64,000 nucleotides of DNA from Syntrophobacterales bacterium (GTDB lineage Bacteria > Desulfobacterota > Desulfobaccia > Desulfobaccales > 0-14-0-80-60-11): the NCBI GenBank assembly GCA_020060385.1, contig JAGVAH010000151.1, forward strand, positions 17,474 through 81,473, given 5' to 3'. Of the stretch, positions 9,501-18,070 are shown one piece after another. A model generated the notes under the pieces. The model was not told the DNA's origin and made no database searches. It saw only the letters and a list, made by a program, of their open reading frames with translations. The position numbers and the translations under genes were made by a program. How positions within the stretch are numbered: position 1 is the stretch's first letter; every line of letters starts with the position of its first letter.

Positions 9501-12432
9501 GGAGGAAGAGGCCCGCCTCATTGAGTGGCTTGATTATGGGGTGGCGGTGTGCGGCTGCGCCTTCCGGGACGGTTGCCGCATTGTGACCGAGGACATTTTG
9601 AACACCACCGACCCGCGCACCGAACTGATCAAGTCTTACGGCATTCAGGCTTACGCCTGCCATCCCCTGATGATCGAGGACCGGGTGCTGGGCACCCTGT
9701 CCTTTGGCACCAGGACTAGGAGCAGTTTTACCCCCGACGAACTGGCGCTGATGAAGGCGGTGGCCGACCTGGTGGCCATTGCCATGGAGCGGAGACTGGC
9801 TGAGGAAGCCCTCCGGGAGAGCCGGGAGGATCTGAACCGGGCCCAGGCCGTGGCCCACACCGGCAGTTGGCGCCTGAACCTGCGGAAAAACGAGCTGCTC
9901 TGGTCCGATGAAACCTACCGGATTTTTGGAATGCAACCAGGTCCGCCGCTGTCCTACGAGTCCTTTCTGGCCGCAGTTTACCCGGAGGATCGGGAATACG
10001 TGGACCAGCAGTGGCAGGCGGCCATCCGGGGTGAGCCTTACGATATCGAACACCGCATCGTCGTGGGGGACGCGGTGAAGTGGGTCCGGGAGAGGGCCGA
10101 ACTGGAGTTCGACCACCAAGGCCAGCTCAAGGGTGGTTTTGGGACGGTCCAGGACATCACCGAACGCAAAGACGCGGAAACGACCCTCCAGGCCTCCAGT
10201 GATTTCCTGGAAATCGCCAACCGCCACACCGAGATGGCGCCCCTGCTCCAGGATTTTGTCGCCGCGGTCAAAGAACACACCGGCTGTGAGGCGGTGGCCA
10301 TCCGCATCCTGGATGAGCAGGGAAGAATCCCCTATGAGGCCCACAAAGGCTTCCCCCCCGAGTTCATCGCCTGTGAAAGCCCCCTGTCCATCGATGCAGA
10401 CCATTGCCTCTGCATTAATGTTTGCAGGGGAACCATAGCCCCAGATTTGCCCTTCTACACCCCGGGCTCTTCCTGTTTTATTAACCGTTTTTCCCAACTT
10501 TTGGCCACGGACTCCCGGGAATTGCTGGGTTATCTCCGCAACGCCTGCCACCGCTTTGGCTTTGAGTCGGTGGCCCTGATTCCCATTGGTTTTGGGGGGA
10601 ATATCTTGGGCCTGATTCACCTGGCCGACCACCGGGAGAACAGGGTGCCCCTGGCCTTGGTGACGCGGCTGGAAAGAATCGCCCTGACCTTGGGGACGGC
10701 CATCAACCGGGTGCGGGCGGAAGAGGCGTGGCGCCAGGCATTGGCTGAGTCCCGGCAGCGCCAGGCGGAGATTGCCGCCCTGCTCCAGGCCACCCGGGCG
10801 GTGCTGGAAGCCGGCAACTTCCAGGAGATTGGCCGTTCCATTTTCGATTCCTGCAAGGCATTAATCGGGGCCACCTCCGGGTACATCGCCCTCCTCACCG
10901 CCGACGGCCAGGAGAACCAGGTTATTTTTCTGGACCCTGGGGGTCTGACCTGCGAGGTGGATTCCTCGCTGCCCATGCCGGTGAGGGGCCTCCGGGCGGA
11001 GGCCTACCGCACCGGCAGAACGGTGTACCACAATGACTTCTCCAGCAGCGATTATGCCAAATTCCTGCCCCCGGGGCACGTGGGCCTGGAAAATGTCCTC
11101 TTCGCTCCCCTGGTGGTGAAGGGCAAGGCCGTGGGCCTCCTGGGCCTGGGTAACAAACCCGGGGGCTACACGGCCAACGACGCCCGCCTGGCTGCCGGGT
11201 TTGGGGAACTGGCGGCCATGGCCCTGGCCAACAACCAGGCCGAAGAAGAACGGGAAAGATTGATCCAGGAGTTGGTGACGGAGCGGGCCCGGCTGCGGGC
11301 CATCATCGCCAGCGCGCCGGAAGCCATTGTCGTGGCCGATGCCGGCGGGCGGATGGTCATGGCCAATCCCGCGGCGGAACGGCTTTACGCCAAGCCCTTG
11401 GAAGATGGCGCGGACCTGGAAGGCTGCGCCTTGTTCCAGCTCTGCCAGGCGGACGGCTCCATCTGCGTCCCCGGCAATCAGCCGCTGCTCCGTTCGGCCA
11501 CGGCCGGGGAGACCCACCGCAACCAGGAGATGATCCTCACCTGGCCCGACGGCCAGAGCCGGGATCTCCTGGTGAACACTGCGCCCATTAAAGACCACCT
11601 GGGCCGCAGCAGCGGCGCAGTGGGCCTCTTCCAGGACATTACCCAGCGGAAACGGGTGGACGAAAAGATCCGGAATCTAAACGCCGAGCTCCGGGACCGC
11701 ATCCGGGAGGTCAGTGAACGCACTCTGCAATTGGAGGCCGCCAACAAGGAACTGGAAGCCTTTTCCTATTCAGTGTCCCATGACCTGCGCTCCCCCCTGC
11801 GGGCCATCGAGGGCTTTGCCCGCATCCTCCTGGAAGAACATGGGGAAAGATTAAATGGGGAGGGCTTGCGCCTGCTCAATGTCATTCGCAGCAACACCCA
11901 CATTATGGGGGCATTGATTGACGACCTCCTGGCCCTTTCCCGCCTGGGACGCCAGGAAATAAAGGCCCAGAAAATCGATCTGGGGGGCCTGGTCACTTCG
12001 GTCTTCGGGGAACTGCGGGCCCAGGCTCCGGAAAGGCAAATGCACCTCATCTTGAATCCCCTGCCCCCCATTTATGGAGACCGCTCCCTGATCAATCAAG
12101 TCCTGGTAAATCTCTTGGGGAACGCGGTCAAATTCACCAAGTCCAGGAAAAAGGCCATAATTGAGGTGGGCGGCTGGACAGAGGGTGAAGAGGATATATA
12201 CTTTGTGAAAGATAACGGGGTGGGTTTTGATATGCGCTATGTGGATAAGATCTTCGGGGTTTTCCAGCGCCTGCACCGGCGGGAAGACTTTGACGGCACC
12301 GGCGTGGGCCTGGCCATTGTCCAGCGCATTATCCAACGGCACGGAGGAAGGGTCTGGGCCGCCGGCAAGGTGAATGGCGGCGCCGATTTTTATTTTGCCT
12401 TGCCGCATAAAGGAGAAGAGAGTGGTGGATAA
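6556..12432 (+). CDS. giant hybrid sensor histidine kinase (N-terminal receiver, multiple PAS and GAF domains, HisKA, HATPase_c)
   Basis: SD aaggaag lies before the ATG at 6556. REC has [11 protein letters not shown]. There are several PAS/GAF-like blocks and a coiled-coil repeat [25 protein letters not shown]-box [18 protein letters not shown]; ATPase N/G boxes ([26 protein letters not shown]). Confidence 0.9.
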   Translation: MTRAQILVADSNPDFAAELAANLKSLGYAVAGVVSSLEEALKKAEEKQPDLVLLDLKLLADGHQGKTARQIRKRLKSLVYLVGEEDRKTLQRAKITHSFDYLRKACDTRELETIIDMALYRRKLEGEMTGGGKAPAKPDAGMKEDASGLESGIDRHQSLEETLQAERQKLYHLLDTLPAYVVLLAPDYSVPFANREFIERFGAPEGRKCYDFLFGRTSPCQDCETYKVLETNAPHDWEWTGPDGRNYQIHDFPFRDNDGSPLILEMGVDVTVLKEKEAQIRRANRALQTLSSVNQAVVRAHTEAELLEDVCRAVVAEGGYRLTWIGYAENDREKTVRPVAQAGYEEGYLETLNITWADKTRGRGPTGTAIRTGQPALARNIPTDPLFAPWRQEAVKRGYASSLVLPLLVDGQAFGALNIYAGEADAFDTGEVQLLADLAADVSFGIMALRGREERRRMAAALRHSYEELEARVQDRTRDLAQANAALQTEITERLWSEKKLRESEERYRRLVDLSPDAIAVQSQGEFLFVNPAGAQLFGADSPQAMVGKRVPEVIHPDFRQLVTARISRVNAPGAKTDLQEIKILRLDGRVVDVEASGVGIEYQGRPAVQVMLRDITVRKEMEKKLEHLASFPQLNPNPVLEVDTSGALTFYNAAAKEALKNVGMAIVGVWRFLPPDLHEILKTAQETGETLFQREVKINGAIFLETLSFIPEAKVLRIYATDITERQRAERERQELLEKLQASEEELQATVEELQAQTEELQAQTEELLSTNQQLHEALAALQDREAQLHAIFDSLTEGLVVADLEGRLLHWNPAAIAMHGVATLEECRRRLPEFANIFELSTLEDGILPLERWPLARILAGETLRDWEVRVRRHGTDWQRVFSYGGRLAYDQNGQPLLAVVTVNDITERKQAEEMLRKSNQHLDLMAETASQLLASASPPKVVDSLCQRAMAVLDCDAYFNFLHNEKEGRLRLNAFAGIPEEEARLIEWLDYGVAVCGCAFRDGCRIVTEDILNTTDPRTELIKSYGIQAYACHPLMIEDRVLGTLSFGTRTRSSFTPDELALMKAVADLVAIAMERRLAEEALRESREDLNRAQAVAHTGSWRLNLRKNELLWSDETYRIFGMQPGPPLSYESFLAAVYPEDREYVDQQWQAAIRGEPYDIEHRIVVGDAVKWVRERAELEFDHQGQLKGGFGTVQDITERKDAETTLQASSDFLEIANRHTEMAPLLQDFVAAVKEHTGCEAVAIRILDEQGRIPYEAHKGFPPEFIACESPLSIDADHCLCINVCRGTIAPDLPFYTPGSSCFINRFSQLLATDSRELLGYLRNACHRFGFESVALIPIGFGGNILGLIHLADHRENRVPLALVTRLERIALTLGTAINRVRAEEAWRQALAESRQRQAEIAALLQATRAVLEAGNFQEIGRSIFDSCKALIGATSGYIALLTADGQENQVIFLDPGGLTCEVDSSLPMPVRGLRAEAYRTGRTVYHNDFSSSDYAKFLPPGHVGLENVLFAPLVVKGKAVGLLGLGNKPGGYTANDARLAAGFGELAAMALANNQAEEERERLIQELVTERARLRAIIASAPEAIVVADAGGRMVMANPAAERLYAKPLEDGADLEGCALFQLCQADGSICVPGNQPLLRSATAGETHRNQEMILTWPDGQSRDLLVNTAPIKDHLGRSSGAVGLFQDITQRKRVDEKIRNLNAELRDRIREVSERTLQLEAANKELEAFSYSVSHDLRSPLRAIEGFARILLEEHGERLNGEGLRLLNVIRSNTHIMGALIDDLLALSRLGRQEIKAQKIDLGGLVTSVFGELRAQAPERQMHLILNPLPPIYGDRSLINQVLVNLLGNAVKFTKSRKKAIIEVGGWTEGEEDIYFVKDNGVGFDMRYVDKIFGVFQRLHRREDFDGTGVGLAIVQRIIQRHGGRVWAAGKVNGGADFYFALPHKGEESGG

Positions 12433-12442
12433 CTCTATCGCC

Positions 12443-12868
12443 ATGGAAATCATTTTGATTGAAGACAATCCCCATGATGCGGAGCTGGTCCTCAGGGCCC
12501 TGAAAAAACACGGGCTGGCCAACAAGGTGCAACTGCTCCAGGATGGGGCGGAGGCCCTGGACTTCATTTTCGCCAGCGGCGCCTATGTGGGGCGGGACCT
12601 TAATCATCGCCCCAAGTTGATCCTCCTGGACCTGAAGCTGCCCAAGGTGGACGGCCTGGAGATCCTCCGCCGGATTAAAGCGGATGAACGGACCAGGTCG
12701 ATCCCGGTGGTGGTCATGACCTCCTCCCAGGAAGAAAAGGACATCGTGGAAAGTTATAGTCTGGGAGTGAATAGCTACATCGTCAAACCGGTGGATTTTG
12801 ACAAGTTCGTACAATCCGTGGCCGACCTGGGTCTTTACTGGCTGCTGCTGAACAAGGTGCCGGGATGA
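12443..12868 (+). CDS. single-domain response regulator (CheY/Rcp1-like)
   Basis: [16 protein letters not shown].., acceptor [15 protein letters not shown], conserved T (VVMTSS) and K (YIVKP). Confidence 0.85.
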   Translation: MEIILIEDNPHDAELVLRALKKHGLANKVQLLQDGAEALDFIFASGAYVGRDLNHRPKLILLDLKLPKVDGLEILRRIKADERTRSIPVVVMTSSQEEKDIVESYSLGVNSYIVKPVDFDKFVQSVADLGLYWLLLNKVPG

Positions 12869-12872
12869 GGAA

Positions 12873-12945
12873 GTAAGCAGTGAGCAGTAAGAAATAATTT
12901 GCATTTTTAGCTTCTGCGGCAAACTGCTCACTGCTTACTGCTCAC
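12873..12945. repeat. heptamer-periodic long hairpin (gtaagca/gtgagca family)
   Basis: Arms gtaagcagtgagcagtaag and ctgctcactgcttactgctcac separated by about 30 nt. Confidence 0.8.
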
Positions 12946-12965
12946 TATTTCAGGGTGAACCGACC

Positions 12966-14438
12966 TTGATAAAATCATTAGATATCTTGCTGTTGGAAGA
13001 TATGGAGAGCGATGCGGAACTGATGGAATACGAGCTCCGCAGAGCCAAGATAAACTTCATCTTCAGGCGCGTGGATTCCCGGGACGGTTTTCTCCAGGAA
13101 CTGCAGCAACGTCTCCCTGACCTGATCCTGGCTGACCATAGCCTGCCCTCCTTCGATGGCCTCACCGCCCTGCGGATGGTGGAGAAGATCTGTCCGGAGA
13201 CGCCCTTTATCTTTGTTTCCGGGGCCATGGGTGAAGAAGTGGCCGTGGATACCCTGAAAATGGGAGCCACGGATTATGTCCTGAAGCAAAACCTGGCCCG
13301 GTTGGGCCCGGCCGTGGAACGGGCCTTGCGGGAAGCGGAAGACCGGCGGCAACGCCGCCTGGCCGAAGAGATGCTCCGGGAGAGTGAGGAGAAGTTTCGG
13401 ATCCTGTTCCAAACCGCAGGCAGCTTCATCGGCGTGGCCACCCCGGAGGGCCGGCTTTTGGAGATTAATGCGGAGGCTGAGCGGATTACCGGCTGGCGCC
13501 GGCAGGAGGTCCTGGGGGGGAGTTTCCTGGAATTGTTTGTGCCGGAGGCCTATCAAGAGGCAGTGCAAGGGGACATGCAAAAGGTGTTGGCCGGACAGGA
13601 AACCCGGGGTTTTGAAATGCCCCTCAAGCTGCGGGAGGGGAGTGAACGCCCGTTTCTTTGGAATGTCAACCGCTTATTGGGGAAGGAGGGTGAAGTCCTG
13701 GGCGTTATTGCCGTGGGCCAGGATATCACGGCCAGGAAAAGGGCCGAAGAAGAGTTGCGGGAATCAGAGATGAAACTGCGCCTCCTGACCTCCCAGATCC
13801 TCACCGCCCAGGAGAACGAACGCAAACGTATCTCCCGGGAGCTCCATGACGAGCTGGGGCAAAGCCTGACGCTTCTGAAACTGAACCTGCGGGCTGCGGG
13901 CAAGCACTTGCTGGAGCCCGTGGAGGTTAAAGAAGAATTGGGGGCTTTGTCTCTCTATCTGGATGAAGTCATCGACAAGGTGCGCCGCCTCTCCCGGGCC
14001 CTGTGCCCGGCCATCCTGGAGGATTTGGGCCTGGTGCCGGCCTTGCAATATCTGATCAATGAATTCAGCAAATACTATGAGATCAACCACCACTTCAGTC
14101 TTAAAGATCTGGACCATCTGTTCGAAAAAGAGGCCCAGATTATCATCTTCCGGATCTTTCAGGAAGCCCTGACCAACATCGCCAAACACGCCCGGGCCAC
14201 CAAGGTGCGTTTGGCCGTCCAGGAATCTGGGGGGATGGTCATTTTTGAGGTGGAGGATAATGGCCAGGGGTTTGAGGTAGTTCAGACCCTGAGCCGCCCC
14301 TCCATGGACAAGGGATTGGGACTGGCGGCCCTGGATGAACGGGCCAAAATGCTGGGCGGCTCTCTGTGGATCTGGAGTCAGAAGGGCCAGGGAACGCGCA
14401 TCACCTGCGCCATACCGGTGGGTCAGCAAAGGAATTAA
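12966..14438 (+). CDS. hybrid receiver-PAS-histidine kinase, HisKA_3 (NarX/DegS-type) class
   Basis: TTG start after agggtga. REC (LPDLILADHSLPSFDG), a PAS block, H-box ERKRISRELHDELGQ, and ATPase domain (EALTNIAKHA, DNGQGF, GLGLAAL). Confidence 0.85.
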   Translation: MIKSLDILLLEDMESDAELMEYELRRAKINFIFRRVDSRDGFLQELQQRLPDLILADHSLPSFDGLTALRMVEKICPETPFIFVSGAMGEEVAVDTLKMGATDYVLKQNLARLGPAVERALREAEDRRQRRLAEEMLRESEEKFRILFQTAGSFIGVATPEGRLLEINAEAERITGWRRQEVLGGSFLELFVPEAYQEAVQGDMQKVLAGQETRGFEMPLKLREGSERPFLWNVNRLLGKEGEVLGVIAVGQDITARKRAEEELRESEMKLRLLTSQILTAQENERKRISRELHDELGQSLTLLKLNLRAAGKHLLEPVEVKEELGALSLYLDEVIDKVRRLSRALCPAILEDLGLVPALQYLINEFSKYYEINHHFSLKDLDHLFEKEAQIIIFRIFQEALTNIAKHARATKVRLAVQESGGMVIFEVEDNGQGFEVVQTLSRPSMDKGLGLAALDERAKMLGGSLWIWSQKGQGTRITCAIPVGQQRN

Positions 14439-14499
14439 GCCGTTGACTTGGGAAGTTCTGATGGTGCCTGGGCAAACCTTCCAGGGGAGGAAATAAATC

Positions 14500-15171
14500 T
14501 TGGAGAACTCTTATCGTATCGTTCTGGCCGATGACCATGCCATGTTCCGCCGAGGAGTAAAGAGGATTATCCAGGAAAACACAGAACTGGAAGTGGTGGG
14601 GGAGGCGGCTGATGGCCTGGAATTGTTAGAAATTATCAAGAAATCTCCCCCCCAAATGGTCATCGTCGATGTCTCCATGCCCAATCTTCGGGGGTTGGAG
14701 GCTACCCGGGAAATCAAAATGGCCTTTCCCGCCATCAAGGTCGTCATCCTCACCATGCATAAAGACAAGGAATATCTGTATCACGCCCTGGCGGCCGGAG
14801 CAGAGGGCTATTTGCTGAAAGAAGACGCCGATATCGAGTTGTTTTCCGCCATCAAGACCATCCGCCGGGGAGGGACCTATATCTCCCGCCTCCTGGCCCC
14901 CCAAATGACGGATATCTTTATGGAGCGGCAGCATCTGCGGGAAAGGCAGAGAAAGTTGCCGGGGGAACTCTTAAGCACCCGGGAAAGGGAGATCATCAAA
15001 CTCATTGCCGAAGGCAAATCCAGCAAAGAAATTGCCGAACTCCTGTACATCAGTTCCCGGACGGTGCAGCACCACCGGGCCAACATCATGAGGAAACTCA
15101 ACATCAAAAAGACCGTAGACTTGGTGAAGTACGCCATTCAAAAGGGATATACCTCCGCGGACGGCAGTTGA
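14500..15171 (+). CDS. NarL/LuxR-family response regulator (REC + LuxR HTH)
   Basis: TTG start after ggggagga. PQMVIVDVSMPNLRG; HTH LSTREREIIKLIAEGKSSKEIAELLYISSRTVQHHRANIMRKL. Confidence 0.9.
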   Translation: MENSYRIVLADDHAMFRRGVKRIIQENTELEVVGEAADGLELLEIIKKSPPQMVIVDVSMPNLRGLEATREIKMAFPAIKVVILTMHKDKEYLYHALAAGAEGYLLKEDADIELFSAIKTIRRGGTYISRLLAPQMTDIFMERQHLRERQRKLPGELLSTREREIIKLIAEGKSSKEIAELLYISSRTVQHHRANIMRKLNIKKTVDLVKYAIQKGYTSADGS

Positions 15172-15210
15172 TCCGGCAGGGCGCCGCTCTTATGGGGCAA
15201 ACTCTTTTCC

Positions 15211-15249
15211 TACCATATAGGTAGTTTTACCTAGGCCTAAATAGGTATT
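15211..15249. promoter_or_regulatory. two inverted-repeat operator candidates (TACC-N5-GGTA and TACCTA-N8-TAGGTA)
   Basis: Sequence is taccatataggta followed by ttttacctaggcctaaataggtatt. A near-identical 25-mer recurs at 16271-16295. The half-sites resemble NarL-type TACYYMT heptamers. Confidence 0.45.
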
Positions 15250-15672
15250 ACTGCGCATTTACTTTTCCCCCCCGAAAATAATAAAAGTGAGTAAGAGCCT
15301 ATCTTGGGCGGGGCCGCGGCTAAGTCCCCGGCGGCCCTGGGCTCAAAGGATGCAGAAATGGCATGGCGCCATAAAAAGGCAGAACCCTTGGATGGCAAAA
15401 ACCTTCGGACTGCGGGCCTCCTGCGGTGGCAGCCCCGGACCGGTTTAAGCGTGGAAACCCCGACCTATAAAAAGACCAAAATGGACCTGGCTTTCCCGCC
15501 ATTGCGCCCCGTTAAGTGGTCCTACCGGCAGTTGGGATATTTCCAGGGAAAAAAGGTTTGGGAAACCAGCCTGAGTTTTTCGTATTTTCACTAATTTTAG
15601 GATTTTTCCAGGATGACAGATATCCAGAGGCTTGACCAAAGTGTGTTTGCATGGATGCATGAGGAACCCGCC

Positions 15673-16080
15673 ATGGGAATACCATATTCGGTAGTATTAG
15701 CTGATAGCCATGACATGTTTCGTCAGGAGGTCAGGAGAATTATTGAAACAATGGGAGATATCCGAGTAGTAGGGGAGGCCGGTGACGGATATCAGCTTTT
15801 AGACGTGTTGCAATCTGTGATCCCGGATATGGTTATTGTTGATATTTCCATGCCAAATCTTAGAGATATCGAGGCGATCAGTAAAATAAGAGCGCTTCAT
15901 GCCAATATTAAACTATTATTTATATCAATACATGAACATCAGGAATATCTTAATTATGCTTTAGACAATGGCGCCAATGGCTTTATTTGCAAGCTAAACT
16001 TAGATAACGAGTTGTGGCCGGCAATAGGAGCGATACGTTGTGGAAATATATATATATCACCACTTGTTTCACAAGGATAG
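15673..16080 (+). CDS. stand-alone NarL-type receiver domain (no output domain)
   Basis: SD gaggaa before the ATG at 15673. PDMVIVDISMPNLRD aligns with the REC of 14500-15171. The stop falls where the linker/HTH would begin. Confidence 0.7.
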   Translation: MGIPYSVVLADSHDMFRQEVRRIIETMGDIRVVGEAGDGYQLLDVLQSVIPDMVIVDISMPNLRDIEAISKIRALHANIKLLFISIHEHQEYLNYALDNGANGFICKLNLDNELWPAIGAIRCGNIYISPLVSQG

Positions 16081-16270
16081 AGAAGTAAATGTTAATAACA
16101 TTGCGGCATTTTTATTGCCAGTCACCGCGAGTTGAAAATTCCCCCCCTGGCCTGGGGGGAGGGGCGGCGATAGCCTGGCGTTTATTTCCTAGCCGGTTTA
16201 AAAAAATGCGCGTATGCCGCTTTTCCTTCGTCAGCCAGCAGAATTCTCGCGGACGCTCATTCATTAGGCA

Positions 16271-16295
16271 CTTTTACCTAGTTCCAAATAGGTAT
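16271..16295. promoter_or_regulatory. TACCTA-N8-TAGGTA operator candidate, second copy
   Basis: ttttacctagttccaaataggtatt matches 15225-15249 at 22 of 25 positions and lies about 110 nt upstream of the next kinase gene. Confidence 0.45.
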
Positions 16296-16404
16296 TTTGG
16301 CCGATTGATTTTTCCCGGAAAAAGGAGTTGTATCGACACTGCAGCAGTCTTCTAACCTGGTGAGGATGACAATTCACCGGCAGCGCTTAAGAGGAGATAT
16401 AATC

Positions 16405-17511
16405 ATGGCTACCTGCGGGATTCTGATGTTAGATGACGGCTCCTCCTTGTTTCGAACTTTGGCTTGGGTGTTGGATTACAAGGGCTTCGGGGTGGAGAGG
16501 GCTGCAAGCCCCGAGGCCGCACTGGAGTTACTGGTCACCAAAAACTATGATCTGCTCATCGTTAAACTGACCATGGAGGCGGATGGCAACCTGGACGTCA
16601 TCAAACGCGCCCACAAGCTGAATCCGGAAACCCGCATCGTCGTCGTGGGCGGCGACGACCAGGTGGGTTTTCCCCTGGAGGCCTATCGTCTGAAAATCGA
16701 TGATTATATTCTCCTACCCTGCACTCCCGCGGCCTTGTGGCGACGGGTGGCCAATTGCCTGGAGCGCCGGGAGGCCAGGCAGGCGGAATCCGGTTCCCAG
16801 GTGCGGTTGGCCGCCATCAATGAACAGGTTTTGAACAGGCTGGCCTTGATGTTTCACGATCTGCGCAGTTCCATGGTTTCTAGCTCATCGGCTTTAAAGC
16901 TCTTGCTCCGGGGGGTCTATGGAGGCATGGACGAGCCGGTGGCCCAAAAGATTCGGGAGATCTCTTCCCGGATTCAAAAATTAATCGGCGTCAGCGAGGA
17001 GTTCATGGCCCAGGTCCTTTCCGGGGATAGTGAGGTCGCCTTGGGTCGGGAATTGCTGGATTTGAAACAGGAGATCGTGGATCCGGTGCTGGATGAATTC
17101 GCTGAGGAAATTCAAGATCACGGCATCACCATCGATAACCGTTTGGTAGCCCAACGCACGGCCGCCATCCCCATCAGAGGCAGCAAATTGTACCTGAAGA
17201 GCGTTTTCCGGAATCTCTTGAGCAACGGCATCAAACATGGGGGTGAAGGCAGCACCATCGTCATCGATCTGGAAGAGCAGGGCGCCAATTTCCGTCTGAA
17301 GGTCTGCAACAGCAGCTCTTTTGTGCCCGAAGAAAACCGCTCCATGTTGTTCGCCCACAGCAGTTGTCCGGGCAAAGGGGGCAAGACCCGGGGGCAGGGC
17401 CTGGGTTTGGGACTGCGCTTCGTCAAGGGCATCATCAAGGAACACGGCGGAGATCTATTGCATGAGGCTAAAAACAACGGCACCGATTACATAATTACCT
17501 TGCCTCATTAG
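16405..17511 (+). CDS. histidine kinase with N-terminal degenerate (pseudo-)receiver domain
   Basis: SD agaggag before the ATG at 16405. REC-like fold has Lys where the phospho-Asp is expected (YDLLIVKLTMEADGN). H-box MFHDLRSSMVS; ATPase boxes (NLLSNGIKHG, GQGLGLGLRFVKGI). Confidence 0.8.
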   Translation: MATCGILMLDDGSSLFRTLAWVLDYKGFGVERAASPEAALELLVTKNYDLLIVKLTMEADGNLDVIKRAHKLNPETRIVVVGGDDQVGFPLEAYRLKIDDYILLPCTPAALWRRVANCLERREARQAESGSQVRLAAINEQVLNRLALMFHDLRSSMVSSSSALKLLLRGVYGGMDEPVAQKIREISSRIQKLIGVSEEFMAQVLSGDSEVALGRELLDLKQEIVDPVLDEFAEEIQDHGITIDNRLVAQRTAAIPIRGSKLYLKSVFRNLLSNGIKHGGEGSTIVIDLEEQGANFRLKVCNSSSFVPEENRSMLFAHSSCPGKGGKTRGQGLGLGLRFVKGIIKEHGGDLLHEAKNNGTDYIITLPH

Positions 17512-17543
17512 GGCGGTGCGGGGGTCCTTGAGGGGGCCGGGGT

Positions 17544-17583
17544 CCGGGGGACCCCGGCCCTTATTTATTTTTTCCGTCTCTTC
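17544..17583 (+). terminator. intrinsic terminator
   Basis: Perfect 12-bp GC stem (gggccggggtcc / ggaccccggccc) followed by ttatttatttttt. Confidence 0.7.
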
Positions 17584-17894
17584 TGGGTTTCCGGCAGGAG
17601 CGGACCCATGTGTCCCCCCGGAAATGGGGGCGCCCCCTGGGGTGCCCCGGGGATTCCCGGTCTTTGATGGCGCTGGTTATCCAGAGCCTTCTGGATTAGT
17701 GAGAATTTTTTTAGGGAGAAGGGGCCTGCATCTTGCTTGCCAGGGTCTGGCGCGCCGCTGCCGCCTAAAATCCGATCCACTCATGGCGCCATCTGGGGGA
17801 GATTGGCGGGGTCACGGCACCCGTTGGACCCCGGGCGGGACCCAGGTTCCGTCTATGACCGCCTTCTTGGGCCAGTAGAGCCGCAGGATCAGGT

Positions 17895-17995
17895 TATAGC
17901 GATTGCCAAAAGTTTTTCCTTCTATTCCCTCCCCCCCCAGCGGGGGGAGAGGGTTAGGTGAGGGGGGACAGAAAAAACTTTTAGCCATAAGTATA
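17895..17995. repeat. ~100-bp MITE/REP-like palindromic element, copy 2
   Basis: tatagcgattgccaaaagttt...aaaaaacttttagccataagtata, with the same architecture as 478-580. Confidence 0.75.
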
Positions 17996-18070
17996 AGGAG
18001 AAGGCGGACACAAAATTAAGATTTTCTTGTGCCCGGTTCTCTTCCCCAAGGCTGGCTGGTTTTTCCCCGG

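Noticed and set aside
9082-10632. Long antisense or out-of-frame ORFs overlapping well-supported genes: 9082-10632(-), 3798-4730(-), 21205-22575(+), 23628-24629(-), 49735-50613(-), 50724-51713(-), 61452-62543(+), 4802-5782(-), 35740-36342(-), 13764-14429(-).
   Set aside because: They are typical shadow ORFs of GC-rich DNA. They are Arg/Gly/Pro/His-rich and lack motifs. Each lies opposite a gene with clear family signatures.
15250-15672. A riboswitch or ncRNA in the long leaders at 15250-15672 and 22591-22823 (for example c-di-GMP, Mg/Mn riboswitches).
   Set aside because: I could not recognise any consensus core by eye. This needs an Infernal/Rfam scan before any claim.
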